A stretch of DNA of 64,000 bases from the NCBI GenBank assembly GCA_963708075.1, contig OY970194.1, positions 4,096,001-4,160,000 on the forward strand. The letters are read 5' to 3'. Below are positions 1-9,600 of the stretch, in pieces (the stretch's first letter is position 1; each line of letters opens with the position of its first letter). This DNA is from Sedimentisphaerales bacterium (lineage in GTDB: Bacteria; Planctomycetota; Phycisphaerae; Sedimentisphaerales; Anaerobacaceae). The notes beneath the pieces were generated by a model, which did no database searches, was not told where the DNA came from, and worked only from the letters and a program-made list of their open reading frames with translations. The translations under genes and the position numbers were made by a program.

Positions 1-170
1 ATGTCCATGAGGACCACGGCGGGGCGAAGTCTCTTGACCAGTTGAATCGCCTGACGGCCGGTTTCCGCCTCGCCGACCACCTCGATATCGTCTTCCGCCT
101 CCAATAATGCTCGAATCCCCTCTCGGACGATCATGTGGTCGTCAGCCAGTAGGACGGTGATTCGCTCCAT
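1..170 (-). CDS. NarL/FixJ-family response regulator, N-terminal receiver part (runs off window start)
   Basis: Manual translation from ATG at 170: MERITVLLADDHMIVREGIRALLEAEDDIEVVGEAETGRQAIQLVKRLRPAVVLMD, a typical NarL-type receiver; directly downstream of a HisKA_3 kinase. Confidence 0.9.
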   Translation of the reverse strand, partial: MERITVLLADDHMIVREGIRALLEAEDDIEVVGEAETGRQAIQLVKRLRPAVVLMD

Positions 171-202
171 AGAAACTTGCCCCTGTAGAATCCCTGAGAG
201 AT

Positions 203-1591
203 CTAAACCTTGGTGCCATTGCCGAAGGGGATGTCCGCTCGGATCGTCGTGCCTTTGCCGGGCGAGGATTCGACGGTAAAGCGGCCGCCGACCATCTCCA
301 CTCGCTCGCGCATGCCGAGCAGCCCCAAGCCCTTGTTCCTTTGGGTGGACAACACGCCTTGCACCTGAAAGGATTTGCCGTCGTCTTGCACTTCCATGCA
401 AATGACGCCCCGGAGTTTCTGGATGCTCACCGTCACGAGGCTGGCTTTCGCGTGCTTGGCAACGTTGGTGAGGGCTTCCTGGACGACGCGATAGAGCACC
501 GTTCGCTTGTCACCGTCCAGAAGTTCCGTCCGATCACGAGTAAAGCTCGTGAAGCGAACGGAGAGGCCCGTCCGCTTGGCAAAGTCCTTCACATGGGAGC
601 GGAGGGCGGGAACCAACCCCAGGTCGTCCAAGGCCGGCGGGCGCAATTGGCCGGCAAACTGATGCACGATGTTCACCGATCTTTGCACCAGCCGCTGTGT
701 GTGAGCAATCTTTCTCTTGAGGCCTTTGCCGTTGGATGCGGCCTCCTTTCCCAATACCGCCAGATGGAAACTGATTGCCGTCAAGACTTGGGCGATATCA
801 TCATGCAGCTCGCGGCTGACTCGCTTTCGCTCTTCCTCCTGCGCCTGTAGAACTTGATGGGACAGATGCTGCAATTGTTTCTGCAACTGAAGGGACTCCG
901 CCAACAACTGGCGGGCGTATGTCTCGCTTTTCTGGAGGGCCTTTTCCACCGCCTTCCGCCGGACGATTTCCTGTTTCAATTCCCGGTTCGCGGCATCCAG
1001 AGCCTCCATGCGGCGTTGCGCCTCTTCAGCCCGCTTGAGCGCGGAGATGTCTGAAACCGCCAGCCGGCACCATTTGCGCACGCCGCTGAGGGAGGCAGCC
1101 GATGCGCCCTGAAGGTTAGCCCAGAAAGAAGTACCGTCCTCGTTCCGAAGTGACGCCTCGCAGATCTGTTTTCCGGGCTCTGCGAATATCTTTTCAAGGA
1201 AAGCCAAAAAGACTGGCCGACTCATCGAGGCCACAAAGCGCGGCAAGCGGCAGTTGATCAGTCGGGAGCGTTCAACGCCCAACAAGGCGGCTCCCGTCAA
1301 GTTCACATCCAGAATCAAGCCCTGTTCATCAATGGAGAAATAGCCGACCGGGGCGAAATCGTAGAGGTCGGTGTATTTTTCCAGCATCACCTCCATCTGG
1401 TCCCAAGCTCCCTGGAGTTCCGCGTTCTGCATCTCCAGTTCAACCTGGTGGACCTGCAATTCGTGGACGAGCCTGTGTGCGTCGGGGTCTGTTCGGGGCG
1501 GGGCCGTGCTTCTCCGTTGCGCTTTGAGCCGGGCTTCGGCGCGGCGGCGCAGTTCAGCGGCATCGGCTGAGGCGTTCGGTTTCTTCTGCAT
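203..1591 (-). CDS. PAS-domain sensor histidine kinase (HisKA_3 + HATPase_c)
   Basis: ELQVHQVELEMQN coil, PAS (YDFAPVGYF), H-box EEERKRVSRELHDDIAQ, QEALTNVAKHA, DDGKSF, GLGLLGMRER; no TM segment seen. Confidence 0.93.
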   Translation of the reverse strand: MQKKPNASADAAELRRRAEARLKAQRRSTAPPRTDPDAHRLVHELQVHQVELEMQNAELQGAWDQMEVMLEKYTDLYDFAPVGYFSIDEQGLILDVNLTGAALLGVERSRLINCRLPRFVASMSRPVFLAFLEKIFAEPGKQICEASLRNEDGTSFWANLQGASAASLSGVRKWCRLAVSDISALKRAEEAQRRMEALDAANRELKQEIVRRKAVEKALQKSETYARQLLAESLQLQKQLQHLSHQVLQAQEEERKRVSRELHDDIAQVLTAISFHLAVLGKEAASNGKGLKRKIAHTQRLVQRSVNIVHQFAGQLRPPALDDLGLVPALRSHVKDFAKRTGLSVRFTSFTRDRTELLDGDKRTVLYRVVQEALTNVAKHAKASLVTVSIQKLRGVICMEVQDDGKSFQVQGVLSTQRNKGLGLLGMRERVEMVGGRFTVESSPGKGTTIRADIPFGNGTKV

Positions 1592-1602
1592 GGCAAGACC
1601 TT

Positions 1603-4348
1603 CTATGTTTTGTCGGACCTGGGTGATTTTCCGGCACGCGTCTCGACATGCTTGCGTGCGAGCGCATCCGTCTGCGAACTCTTCTTTTCCTTGTCCAGCT
1701 TCGCGGATTGTTCCGCTATGCGTTTTTCCAGACCAGCGTGCTTGCCACGCAACCTCGCCTCCAGCGCCTTGGCCGTAGTAATGTCCGCGAAGGTGATCAC
1801 CACGCCGTCAATCCGGTCGTCCAGCGTGCGGTAGGGCGTGATCCGTACCGTAAACCATCGCCCGTCGTGCGCGGCAATCGGTTTCTCCTTAGACGCCAGT
1901 GCCCGCAGCACCTCGCGGGCGTCCTCGGCCAGCTCCGGGTAACGCAGATCCGAGGCGAGGTCGGTGATGGGCCGGCCCTCATCGGCGGGGATGAGCTTGA
2001 TGATCTTCGACGCCTGGGGGGTGAACCGGCGCACATGAAGGTCGCTGTCCAGGAACACGGTGGCCACGTCCGTGCTGTTGAGCAGGTTCTTCAAGTCGCT
2101 GTTCGTCCTGGAAAGATCGTCCATCTTGGCCTGCAGCTCGGTGTTGACCGTCTGGAGCTCCTCATTCAGCGATTGCATCTCTTCCTTGGAGGTGGTAAGT
2201 TCCTCGTTGGTGGACTGCAGTTCTTCGTTGGTCGATTGGAATTCCTCGTTGATGGACGTGAGTTCCTCCTGTGAGGTCTCCATCTCTTCACGGGTGGTCT
2301 GCAGCTCGTCACGGGCCTGCTGGAGTTCCAGCTCCAGTTCCGCCACCCGGGCATCGCGGGTGGCAGTCTTCCGCAACCGGCCCGACGCTTTCGCTTCTGC
2401 TTCCGTGGGCGCGGCCACGTCGGTAAAAACGACCATCACCAACCCCCGCAGCGGCTCCGCTTCATCGAGGGTCTGGACGGAAAGATCCACGAAGTATTCC
2501 CCGCCGTTGGTCTCGACCTTGAGTCTCCGGACCGTCACGGGTCCCTTTTGGCGGAGTGCTTTGCGGAAGGCGCTGGCGAGCTCGAGGCGCAGCCCTTCGC
2601 GGGCCATGGCGAAGATGTTCCAGTTGGCCTTGCCGGCCGCGGGCTCCAGGTATTTGCCGGTCCTGCCGTTGATGTAAAGGATGTCGCCTTTGTCGTTGGC
2701 GAGAACGGCCGCCGGTGAGTAACGCTGCAGGACCAACTGATCCGCCAGCGATTGGAGACTGAGCGGTGGTTTCGACACCCCGTGTGCCTCCGGCCCGCCG
2801 CGCGGGGTAAAGCCGAATGCCGGGGGAAAACCGCGAGGTTCCGGCCGCACGGTGGACTCAGTCCGCCGAAAGATCCTCGATTTGCTGCTGACGGGGGCAA
2901 ACCGGTCGGTGAAGCCGCCGATCGTCTCCGCGTTGCCGAGAAACAGGATGCCGCCCGGATTGAGGCTGTAGTGAAAGAGCGGAAAGAGTTTCTTCTGCAT
3001 CTCCGGGGCCAGGTAGATCAGCAGGTTCCGGCAACTCAAGATATCCAGTTTGGTAAAGGGTGGGTCCATGATGAGGTTCTGCGGCGCGAAGATCACCATC
3101 TCCCGGATCTCTTTGCACACCCGGTAGCCGTGTTCTTCTTTGGAAAAGAACCGGCTCAGTCGCTCCGGCGACGACATCTGCGGCGATATTGTCGGGATAG
3201 ACGCCCTGACGGGCCTTGGCAATGGCGTCCCGGTCCAGGTCGGTGGCAAAGACCTGCAGGGTAAAACTCCCCTCAGGCCTGACTTGCTCCAGCGCCTCCT
3301 TGAACACGATGGCCAGAGAATAGGCCTCCTCCCCGGTTGAGCAGCCGGGCACCCACGCCCGCAGTGCCTGGTCGGGCGACCGGCCGGCGATCAGCTCCGG
3401 GATGGCCTTTTCGCGCAACTGCTCCCAGGCAGTGGGGTCGCGGAAGAAGCTCGTCACGCCGATCAACAACTCCTTGAAGAGCAGATCCAGCTCCTGGGAG
3501 TTTTCATGCAGGTACCGGATATAGTCGGCAATCTTGGCAATCTGGTGGATGCCCATGCGGCGCTCGATCCGGCGGTAAAGGGTATTCCTCTTGTACAGGG
3601 AAAAGTCGTGGCCGGTGTGGGCTCGCAGCAGGATGACAGCCTTATCCATGGCGCTCTGCGTCTTGTCTTCCAGGGCTAGTTCCGGCGTGACAACGAGGGG
3701 GGTGCGCTGCAGATAGGTGATGATCTTGCCAGGCAGCTCGTCCACCGGGGCCACAATATCAGCCAGGCCCGCGTCAATCGCGCTGCGCGGCATGCCGTCG
3801 AATTTGGCCGTCGCAGGCTCCTGCACCAGCACGACTCCCGCCTTCTCCTTGATGGCCCGCAGGCCCAACGTGCCGTCGGAGCCCATGCCCGAGAGAATGA
3901 CGCCGATGCTCCTTTCCTGCTGATCTTCTGCCAGGGAGCAGAGGAAAGAGTCGATCGGCAGGCGCAGTCCGCGAGGCGCCGTCGGCGTAAACAAGTGCAG
4001 GACCCCGTGCAGGATGGACATGTCTTTGTTCGGCGGGATCACATAGACGCAGTCCGGCCGGACCCTGGTGCGATCCTTGACCTGGATCACTTTCATGTGA
4101 GTGACGCGCTGGAGCAGTTCGCACATGATACCCTTGTGCGTCGGGTCCAGGTGTTGGACAATGACAAAGGCCATGCCGCTGCCCGCCGGCACGTGCCCGA
4201 GGAACTGCTCCAAGGCCTCGAGTCCCCCGGCGGAGGCGCCGATGCCGACGATGGGGAACGAAACGCTCGCCTGCGGGTATGGTGTTGCTTGTTGAACAGC
4301 CTTGGCGGGTTTTTTCCGCCGGTGTTCCGGTGCAGACTTCCTTTTCAT
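1603..4348 (-). CDS. CheB methylesterase-CheR methyltransferase-coiled coil-PAS fusion; one-base frameshift near 3172
   Basis: CheB motifs GIGASAGG, VQHLDP, ILSGMGSDG; CheR motifs GVTSFFRD, WVPGCSTGEEAYS, CRNLLIY; ELQSTNEEL repeats; removing one base at ~3172 gives ...IAADVSPERLSRFF and joins the 496-aa and 548-aa ORFs. Confidence 0.9.
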
Positions 4349-4591
4349 GATCCTGTCTCCTGCGCTCGTTCAATCATGGCGTCTCTGGTTCCGGGTGAGT
4401 AGCTCGGCGACACCAGTGCAATCAGCGCTTGCTCATGAATCCTGGCCAAGTCCAACGTCTCCAGCCCGATGGCCAGGGCTCGGCGTCCCAGCCCATCCGC
4501 GGACTGCGTGGCTCGCCTGCGGCCCTTGCTCAATGTGTTTTTGCGGTGCGGCCTGATATCGCCGCGACAAGCCGGTTAACTTGGTCTCCAT
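4345..4591 (-). CDS. Small protein resembling the RsbU N-terminal domain; one-base frameshift near 4510
   Basis: METKLTGLSRRYQAA...GPQAS then, after removing one base, TQSADGLGRRALAIGLETLDLARIHEQAL...; its stop overlaps the cheBR ATG (ATGA). Confidence 0.55.
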
Positions 4592-4918
4592 AAGGCACCG
4601 CGAATTTACGCGCCACCGTCTGGGCAAGCATCCGCTGTTGCCCCAACATCAGGGATGCCCGACCCTTTGCCGCCGAGCCACGAATACGCTGGCATTATCT
4701 GACTTCTGCTTCCATCTGTCTATAGATTAAAATCAGGGCAACTCATTTGATCCATCCGACGACGTGGATGATGGGTTGCCGATTCCCCAAGAACGTGGGA
4801 ACAAGCGCCGCGAGGATCTGGCTCGGCATCCGTCTGGGATGGCCCGAAACCTCACCCGGCCTGTCAACCTGGCCCGGTGACCGGGTCCATTTGTGGGGAG
4901 TACGTCCAATAATTGCAG

Positions 4919-4963
4919 GTAGGGTTATACCCCATAGAGAATAATCGGCCCATGGCGCAATAT
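4919..4963 (+). promoter_or_regulatory. Motif site GTAGGGTTATACCCCATAGA with putative -35 TAGAGA / 17 nt / -10 CAATAT
   Basis: Motif 4919-4938, -10 at 4958-4963. Confidence 0.75.
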
Positions 4964-5302
4964 GTCACGCTGGTCCGGTGGGCCCCAAGACACAATAAGG
5001 ACAACAAGGAAGGCTGGAGAACCAGATGACCATAAAGGAAACCGTGGGCAAGGAGGCTCACTGATCGCTGCCGGCTGGTGCATGGAGGCACCAGTCGGCG
5101 GTGCGTGGCCCTTGCCCGGGTGTCTTTGCAGTGCTGCCTGATATCGCCGCGACAAGCCGGGCAGTTCACTCTCGGCAAAGCACCCCGAGTTTACACGCAG
5201 CCGCTCGGCCAGCATCCGTTGTTGTCACGCCACCAGGGATGCTCGACCCTTTGTTAGCGAGCCACGAATCCACTGTCATCGTCCGACGGTCGTGTCCATC
5301 TG

Positions 5303-5322
5303 TCTATGGGGTAAAACCCCAC
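5303..5322 (-). promoter_or_regulatory. Motif site GTGGGGTTTTACCCCATAGA, facing the cheBR-kinase-regulator operon
   Basis: Reverse-strand copy followed by TAGACA-17 nt-GACGAT; the paralogous promoter near 4694-4722 (TAGACA-17-GATAAT) has a degenerate site. Confidence 0.7.
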
Positions 5323-5500
5323 CTGCTCATTTGTTCCATGTGGCCATGTGGATGAGGGGTCGCCCAATTCGTTGAGACCTCCAGACCAAGTACCACAAAG
5401 GTCTGGCTCAGCGTCCTTCGGGGATCGCCCGACCTGTCCGGCCTGTCGAGCTCTCCTGGCGGCCGGGTCCCCTTCCGGGGAGCGAGGCCAACAATCCCAG

Positions 5501-5546
5501 GTAGGGTTACACCCCATAGATCAAGGACTGACTCACGACGTAGTAT
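5501..5546 (+). promoter_or_regulatory. Motif site GTAGGGTTACACCCCATAGA with -10 TAGTAT
   Basis: Motif 5501-5520, TAGTAT 5541-5546; upstream of lmo0937/DUF3185 genes. Confidence 0.8.
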
Positions 5547-5720
5547 CTCTGAAATGACAGGCCGAAGAACGCGGCAACAGAAAGAAGCAAGTGTGACAAG
5601 TGTGAAGGACTGAATGGCCATGCAGGGGGGCAAGAGCAAGGAGGCTCGTCGATCACTTCCGGCTGGCGCACGGATGCGCCAACCGGCAGTGAAACCACAG
5701 CCAATGGAAAGGAGAATCTT

Positions 5721-5924
5721 ATGTTGTGGATGATTGCCGCCCTACTGGTATACCTGTGGCTGCTGGGGCTGGTGAGTAGTTACTTGATCGGAGGGTTCAT
5801 TCACCTCCTGGTGACGCTTGCCGTTGTCATCGTGCTGGTCAAAATCATTCAGGGACGACGACTAGTGTGGTGTAAGAAGCCGTTAGTCTGTCGTATTGAG
5901 GCAAGGAAGCTGGAGGTTCCATGA
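5721..5924 (+). CDS. lmo0937-family (DUF5670) small membrane protein, C-terminally extended copy
   Basis: MLWMIAALLVYLWLLGLVSSYLIGGFIHLL; RBS AAGGAG; paralog at 10781. Confidence 0.85.
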   Translation: MLWMIAALLVYLWLLGLVSSYLIGGFIHLLVTLAVVIVLVKIIQGRRLVWCKKPLVCRIEARKLEVP

Positions 5925-6136
5925 GATCCAAAACCATCATTGCCGGCATACTGATTGTTGTCGGCATCGTGGTGCTTGCTTACTCGGGCATCACTTACAA
6001 GACCAGAGGAAAGCCCGTCGATATCGGCCCACTGCACGTAGAGACCACAAAGAGCCACTTCATTCCCCCGGTCGTCGGAGCGGTCGCGCTGGTCGGCGGC
6101 ATCATGTTGCTCGTCCTGGACGCCAGGAAGGCATGA
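5921..6136 (+). CDS. DUF3185-like small membrane protein
   Basis: Two TM segments around GITYKTRGKPVDIGPLHV; RBS GGAGG; near-identical paralog at 10976. Confidence 0.8.
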   Translation: MRSKTIIAGILIVVGIVVLAYSGITYKTRGKPVDIGPLHVETTKSHFIPPVVGAVALVGGIMLLVLDARKA

Positions 6137-6203
6137 TGGGAGAGACCACAGAACTCTCGGAAATTCCTGAACAATATCATCTTTTTTACGGAAGGAAAAG
6201 AAA

Positions 6204-6611
6204 ATGAAGACTGCAATTACGATCATGATGACATTAGCTTTGGCCGCCATCTCCGGCTGCCAATCGAGCAGCCCCCGAGGCGGCGGCATGACCAAAGACG
6301 TAGGATTCAAGATCGCTGTTCCGACCTTGGGCACGGACGTCAAACAGGGCGAAGTCCGTGCCGTTACCGTCTCCCTGCAAAGGGGCGAGTCTTTCAAGCA
6401 AGACGTGAAGCTGCAAATCCAAGCGTCCAAGGGCATCAGCGTCGAACCGACCGACGTTCTGGTCAAAGCGAGCGAAAGTCCTGATGTACAAGTCCGGCTT
6501 GCAGCGACCAAGGACACTGCCCTCGGTGCATATATTGTCTCTGTGAAGGGGACGCCGAAAACCGGCGAGCCGACCTCGACGGCATTCACGGTGAAGGTTG
6601 TCGCTCCCTAG
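6204..6611 (+). CDS. Hypothetical lipoprotein (beta-rich)
   Basis: Signal peptide with lipobox ISGC; RBS AAGGA. Confidence 0.75.
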   Translation: MKTAITIMMTLALAAISGCQSSSPRGGGMTKDVGFKIAVPTLGTDVKQGEVRAVTVSLQRGESFKQDVKLQIQASKGISVEPTDVLVKASESPDVQVRLAATKDTALGAYIVSVKGTPKTGEPTSTAFTVKVVAP

Positions 6612-6716
6612 TCTCCGGGCCTTCCGTGAAAGCATATCTGAACCAACACAATTTCGTGATCCCCTGCTGACGATGGGTATTGGCAACTGAAGAACAGTTG
6701 CTGGTTGTTTGACGGC

Positions 6717-6752
6717 GGGTTCTTAGGTGGGCCCTTGCCCACCTAGGAACCC
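6717..6752. other. 16-bp inverted repeat (hairpin)
   Basis: gggttcttaggtgggc-cctt-gcccacctaggaaccc, one G-U pair; intergenic; no U-tract. Confidence 0.6.
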
Positions 6753-6925
6753 AAATACTCGCGGCAGCATTGATGAACCGAGTGATGGTGATGCACTCCC
6801 TCAGCACGGGTGCGAGCCGGGGGTATAAGACTCACCCAGTTCTCATAATTCTCCGATGACCGCTGCACCATGCGTCTATGGGCGGCTGGCAGTACACATA
6901 GAGTTCTTTTTGAAAGGACGGGAAG

Positions 6926-8857
6926 ATGAATCTGCGAAGCGTGGCAATCAATGTATCGGTGCTGCTCCTGATGTCATGGAGCACGGCGGGCGCCGCCAAT
7001 GTCTCATGGATATCCGGCAGTACTGCCCCGAAAGAATGGGTCATTGGTCCTGCCAATCCCACCCCGTTGGACGTCATCCGGTTCTCCGGGCCGACGCTGG
7101 TCTACTCCAATTCGTGCATGGGAGAGAAGGCCTTGAACGGCACGCCTGAGCTTTTGGTCGACCCGAAGGCCAAGGTGATCACGCTGTGGTTCAAGGGTCC
7201 GGCCCCGCAGTCCTGCTCCATGATCTTCAGCCCGGTGGCGGGCCTGGAGGGCGAGTTTGGCCCATTGCCGGCTGGGGACTGGATGTTCACGTGCCTTTCC
7301 AGGGATGCCGGTTTTGAGATTCCTTTCACCATCAGGGACAAGCTCGCGTATCACGTGGATGCTGACGTCCGTGGTTCGGTCCACAACGGCAGGACTTGGG
7401 AGACAGCCATGCTCACCCTTCAGGATGCCTTGGCGGTGGCCGGCAGCGGCGATGAGATTCTCGTTGCGGCCGGTGTGTACAGGCCGGACCAGGGCGGACG
7501 CGTGTCACGCGGCGACCGCACGGCCTCCTTCGACCTGTTCGAGGGCGTGGCATTGAAGGGTGGGTACGCCGGGGACGGGGCCATCAATCCGGATATGCGT
7601 GACCCCAACCAATATCCGACCATCCTCAGTGGCGACCTGCTGGGCGACGACCTGCGGGGGACGCTGAATCGGGACGACAACAGCTACCATGTGGTCACGG
7701 CCCAAGGTCTGCTCTCATCCCCACGTCTGGATGGCTTTACGATCCAGTCCGGCCAGGCGGATGGGGCCGATCCGAACCAGTTTGGCGGCGGCCTGTATGT
7801 CACGGCCGGCTCGCCCGAGGTGCTCAACTGCACGTTCAAGTCCAATGCCGCGGTGTTCGGCGGAGCGATCGCCACCGTCCAGGCCGCACCGGTTCTGGCC
7901 AACTGCAAGCTGACCGGCAACGAGGCGCTGCTGTTCGGTGGGGCCTTGTACAACGAGGATGGCGCCGTGGTCCTGACCAACGTTCTGATCGCGGGCAACT
8001 CGGCGGGCCTGGCGACGGCCTTGGGGAGTTCCGCCCTCTACAACATGGGAGGGAGCATCACCCTCAACGACTGTACGGTGGCTGATAACGTGGCCCCCAA
8101 AGGCATGGCCATTACCAGTCTGGTCTGGGGCTCACCGGCCATGGGGCAGATCATGGTCACTAACAGCATCCTGTACAACGGCGGAGATGAGATCTTCAGT
8201 ACCGATCCTTGCGCCGTCGTGGTCGCATACAGTGATGTCCAAGGCGGCTGGTCCGGGATTGGCAACCTCAACACAGACCCGCATTTCATCAACCCGGGCC
8301 GGTGGAGCATTGGGGGCGACTGGATCGACGGAGACTATCGCCTGATGTCTGATTCAGCGTGCATCGACAAGGGCGACAAGACCCGTCTTCCGGCGGATAC
8401 CCTGGACCTGGACGGCGACGGCACCACCAGTGAGGCCCTGCCGGTCGACCTGAACGGAAACCCTCGCGTCCTGGGTTTGCAGGTAGATATGGGAGCCTGT
8501 GAGCAGCTCGGTTCAGGTCCTGGGCCTGGACCCGGTTGGGTGATGCTGGTGACCGAGGATCTGACCTATGATGTCTCGGCCAATCCGCCTACTTTCCCCA
8601 TCAATGTCTCGGCTTCCAGTCAGAACACAGTCCAACTCAACTTCAAGGCCGAACTGAGGATCGATGTCACGGCGGCATCGCTCGCTGGGGGTGTCTGGAC
8701 GGCCTCGTTCGACCCGGACCCCAACCCCGTGGGACCTGGGACTGTCACCTTCGCCTACAGCATCCACGGTGTCGGCCTGGAGGTCTGGAAGCTCCCGGCC
8801 AACACCCCGGAGGTCAAGGTCGCGACCCTGACCATCTCGGTCCGGCCGGCACCCTAA
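6926..8857 (+). CDS. Secreted right-handed parallel beta-helix / choice-of-anchor Q-like protein
   Basis: Signal peptide; GRTWETAM..LQDAL, GVYRPD, ILSGDL, GGALYN repeats, DYRL..DS.CIDKG, VDMGA.E. Confidence 0.85.
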   Translation: MNLRSVAINVSVLLLMSWSTAGAANVSWISGSTAPKEWVIGPANPTPLDVIRFSGPTLVYSNSCMGEKALNGTPELLVDPKAKVITLWFKGPAPQSCSMIFSPVAGLEGEFGPLPAGDWMFTCLSRDAGFEIPFTIRDKLAYHVDADVRGSVHNGRTWETAMLTLQDALAVAGSGDEILVAAGVYRPDQGGRVSRGDRTASFDLFEGVALKGGYAGDGAINPDMRDPNQYPTILSGDLLGDDLRGTLNRDDNSYHVVTAQGLLSSPRLDGFTIQSGQADGADPNQFGGGLYVTAGSPEVLNCTFKSNAAVFGGAIATVQAAPVLANCKLTGNEALLFGGALYNEDGAVVLTNVLIAGNSAGLATALGSSALYNMGGSITLNDCTVADNVAPKGMAITSLVWGSPAMGQIMVTNSILYNGGDEIFSTDPCAVVVAYSDVQGGWSGIGNLNTDPHFINPGRWSIGGDWIDGDYRLMSDSACIDKGDKTRLPADTLDLDGDGTTSEALPVDLNGNPRVLGLQVDMGACEQLGSGPGPGPGWVMLVTEDLTYDVSANPPTFPINVSASSQNTVQLNFKAELRIDVTAASLAGGVWTASFDPDPNPVGPGTVTFAYSIHGVGLEVWKLPANTPEVKVATLTISVRPAP

Positions 8858-8957
8858 TCGACCTGGGCAACACGGTGGTATATCGAGAAATCTGCAGGGG
8901 GCACCCATTGGGGGGTGCTCCCTACCTCAAGTGATCCTGTCTGTGCCCCATACAAGG

Positions 8958-9002
8958 GTAGGGTTACACCCCATAGATAAGGACCGGCACATGGTGTAGG
9001 AA
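8958..9002 (+). promoter_or_regulatory. Motif site GTAGGGTTACACCCCATAGA
   Basis: Motif 8958-8977, TAGATA-17 nt-TAGGAA; weaker sites upstream (~8908-8926, ~8937-8953). Confidence 0.7.
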
Positions 9003-9113
9003 TCGCAGACAAGAAAATACAACAACAATCGAAAGAAGAAAGTGCGACGCGTGCGAAGAACAGGAGCGTCAACAAGGGAATGATTCCATTGTTGCAGTAG
9101 AGGTAGCAGCGAG

Positions 9114-9446
9114 GTGGGCGTGGCAAGGAAAGAGTTGGTCGGCGTCGATCTGATACTTCCGACGGCCGGAGCGGCAGGTCTTGCCGTGGAACCTGTCCGG
9201 AAGAAAGGATCTATCGGGGCAACGGCGAAAGAGGCAATCCCCGTTGTGAATTATGTAATGGCTTCGTCGAGGGTGTTTCTGATGGGCGCGCCAATCGAAG
9301 GCACTGACGAACTGGCCACGGTCGGGGCGCAGAGAACTTCCCATGTGCCGATGGGATTCGAGATATCCCCATGGGCACCCGCGCGATCGTCTTTGTGGCC
9401 ACAGCGCGAGCCCCGCCCTGACGGTCATCGAGAGGAGTGTGTTTGA
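9114..9446 (+). CDS. Hypothetical protein (doubtful)
   Basis: 110-aa ORF downstream of a motif promoter; no recognisable domain. Confidence 0.3.
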   Translation: MGVARKELVGVDLILPTAGAAGLAVEPVRKKGSIGATAKEAIPVVNYVMASSRVFLMGAPIEGTDELATVGAQRTSHVPMGFEISPWAPARSSLWPQREPRPDGHREECV

Positions 9447-9600
9447 AGCATTGGAGGCGGAAAGGTCATTCCGGCCGTTGTGCCGGAGAAAAGATATGAT
9501 TGGAGATTAGGATATGAAACGGATTTCACTAGCCATGTTCCACAACTCACGTGGTCACCCGTGCTCATTGAACATAGGGTACTCTAAACGGGGAAGATTG

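Larger units (their letters stand above)
4520..5692. repeat. Diverged tandem duplication (~580-bp units, ~4520-5102 and ~5103-5692) of a divergent-promoter module
   Basis: Collinear shared blocks: gcctgatatcgccgcgacaagccgg, cagggatgc.cgacccttt, tccatctgtctat, gtggatga.ggg, ccgggtcc, the 20-bp motif and the leader hairpin. Confidence 0.8.

Noticed and set aside
1603..4348. Chemotaxis operon
   Set aside because: No MCP, cheA, cheW or cheY in the window; the fusion is linked to a HisKA_3/NarL pair
6717..6752. Rho-independent terminator
   Set aside because: Strong stem but no U-tract on either strand; kept only as a hairpin
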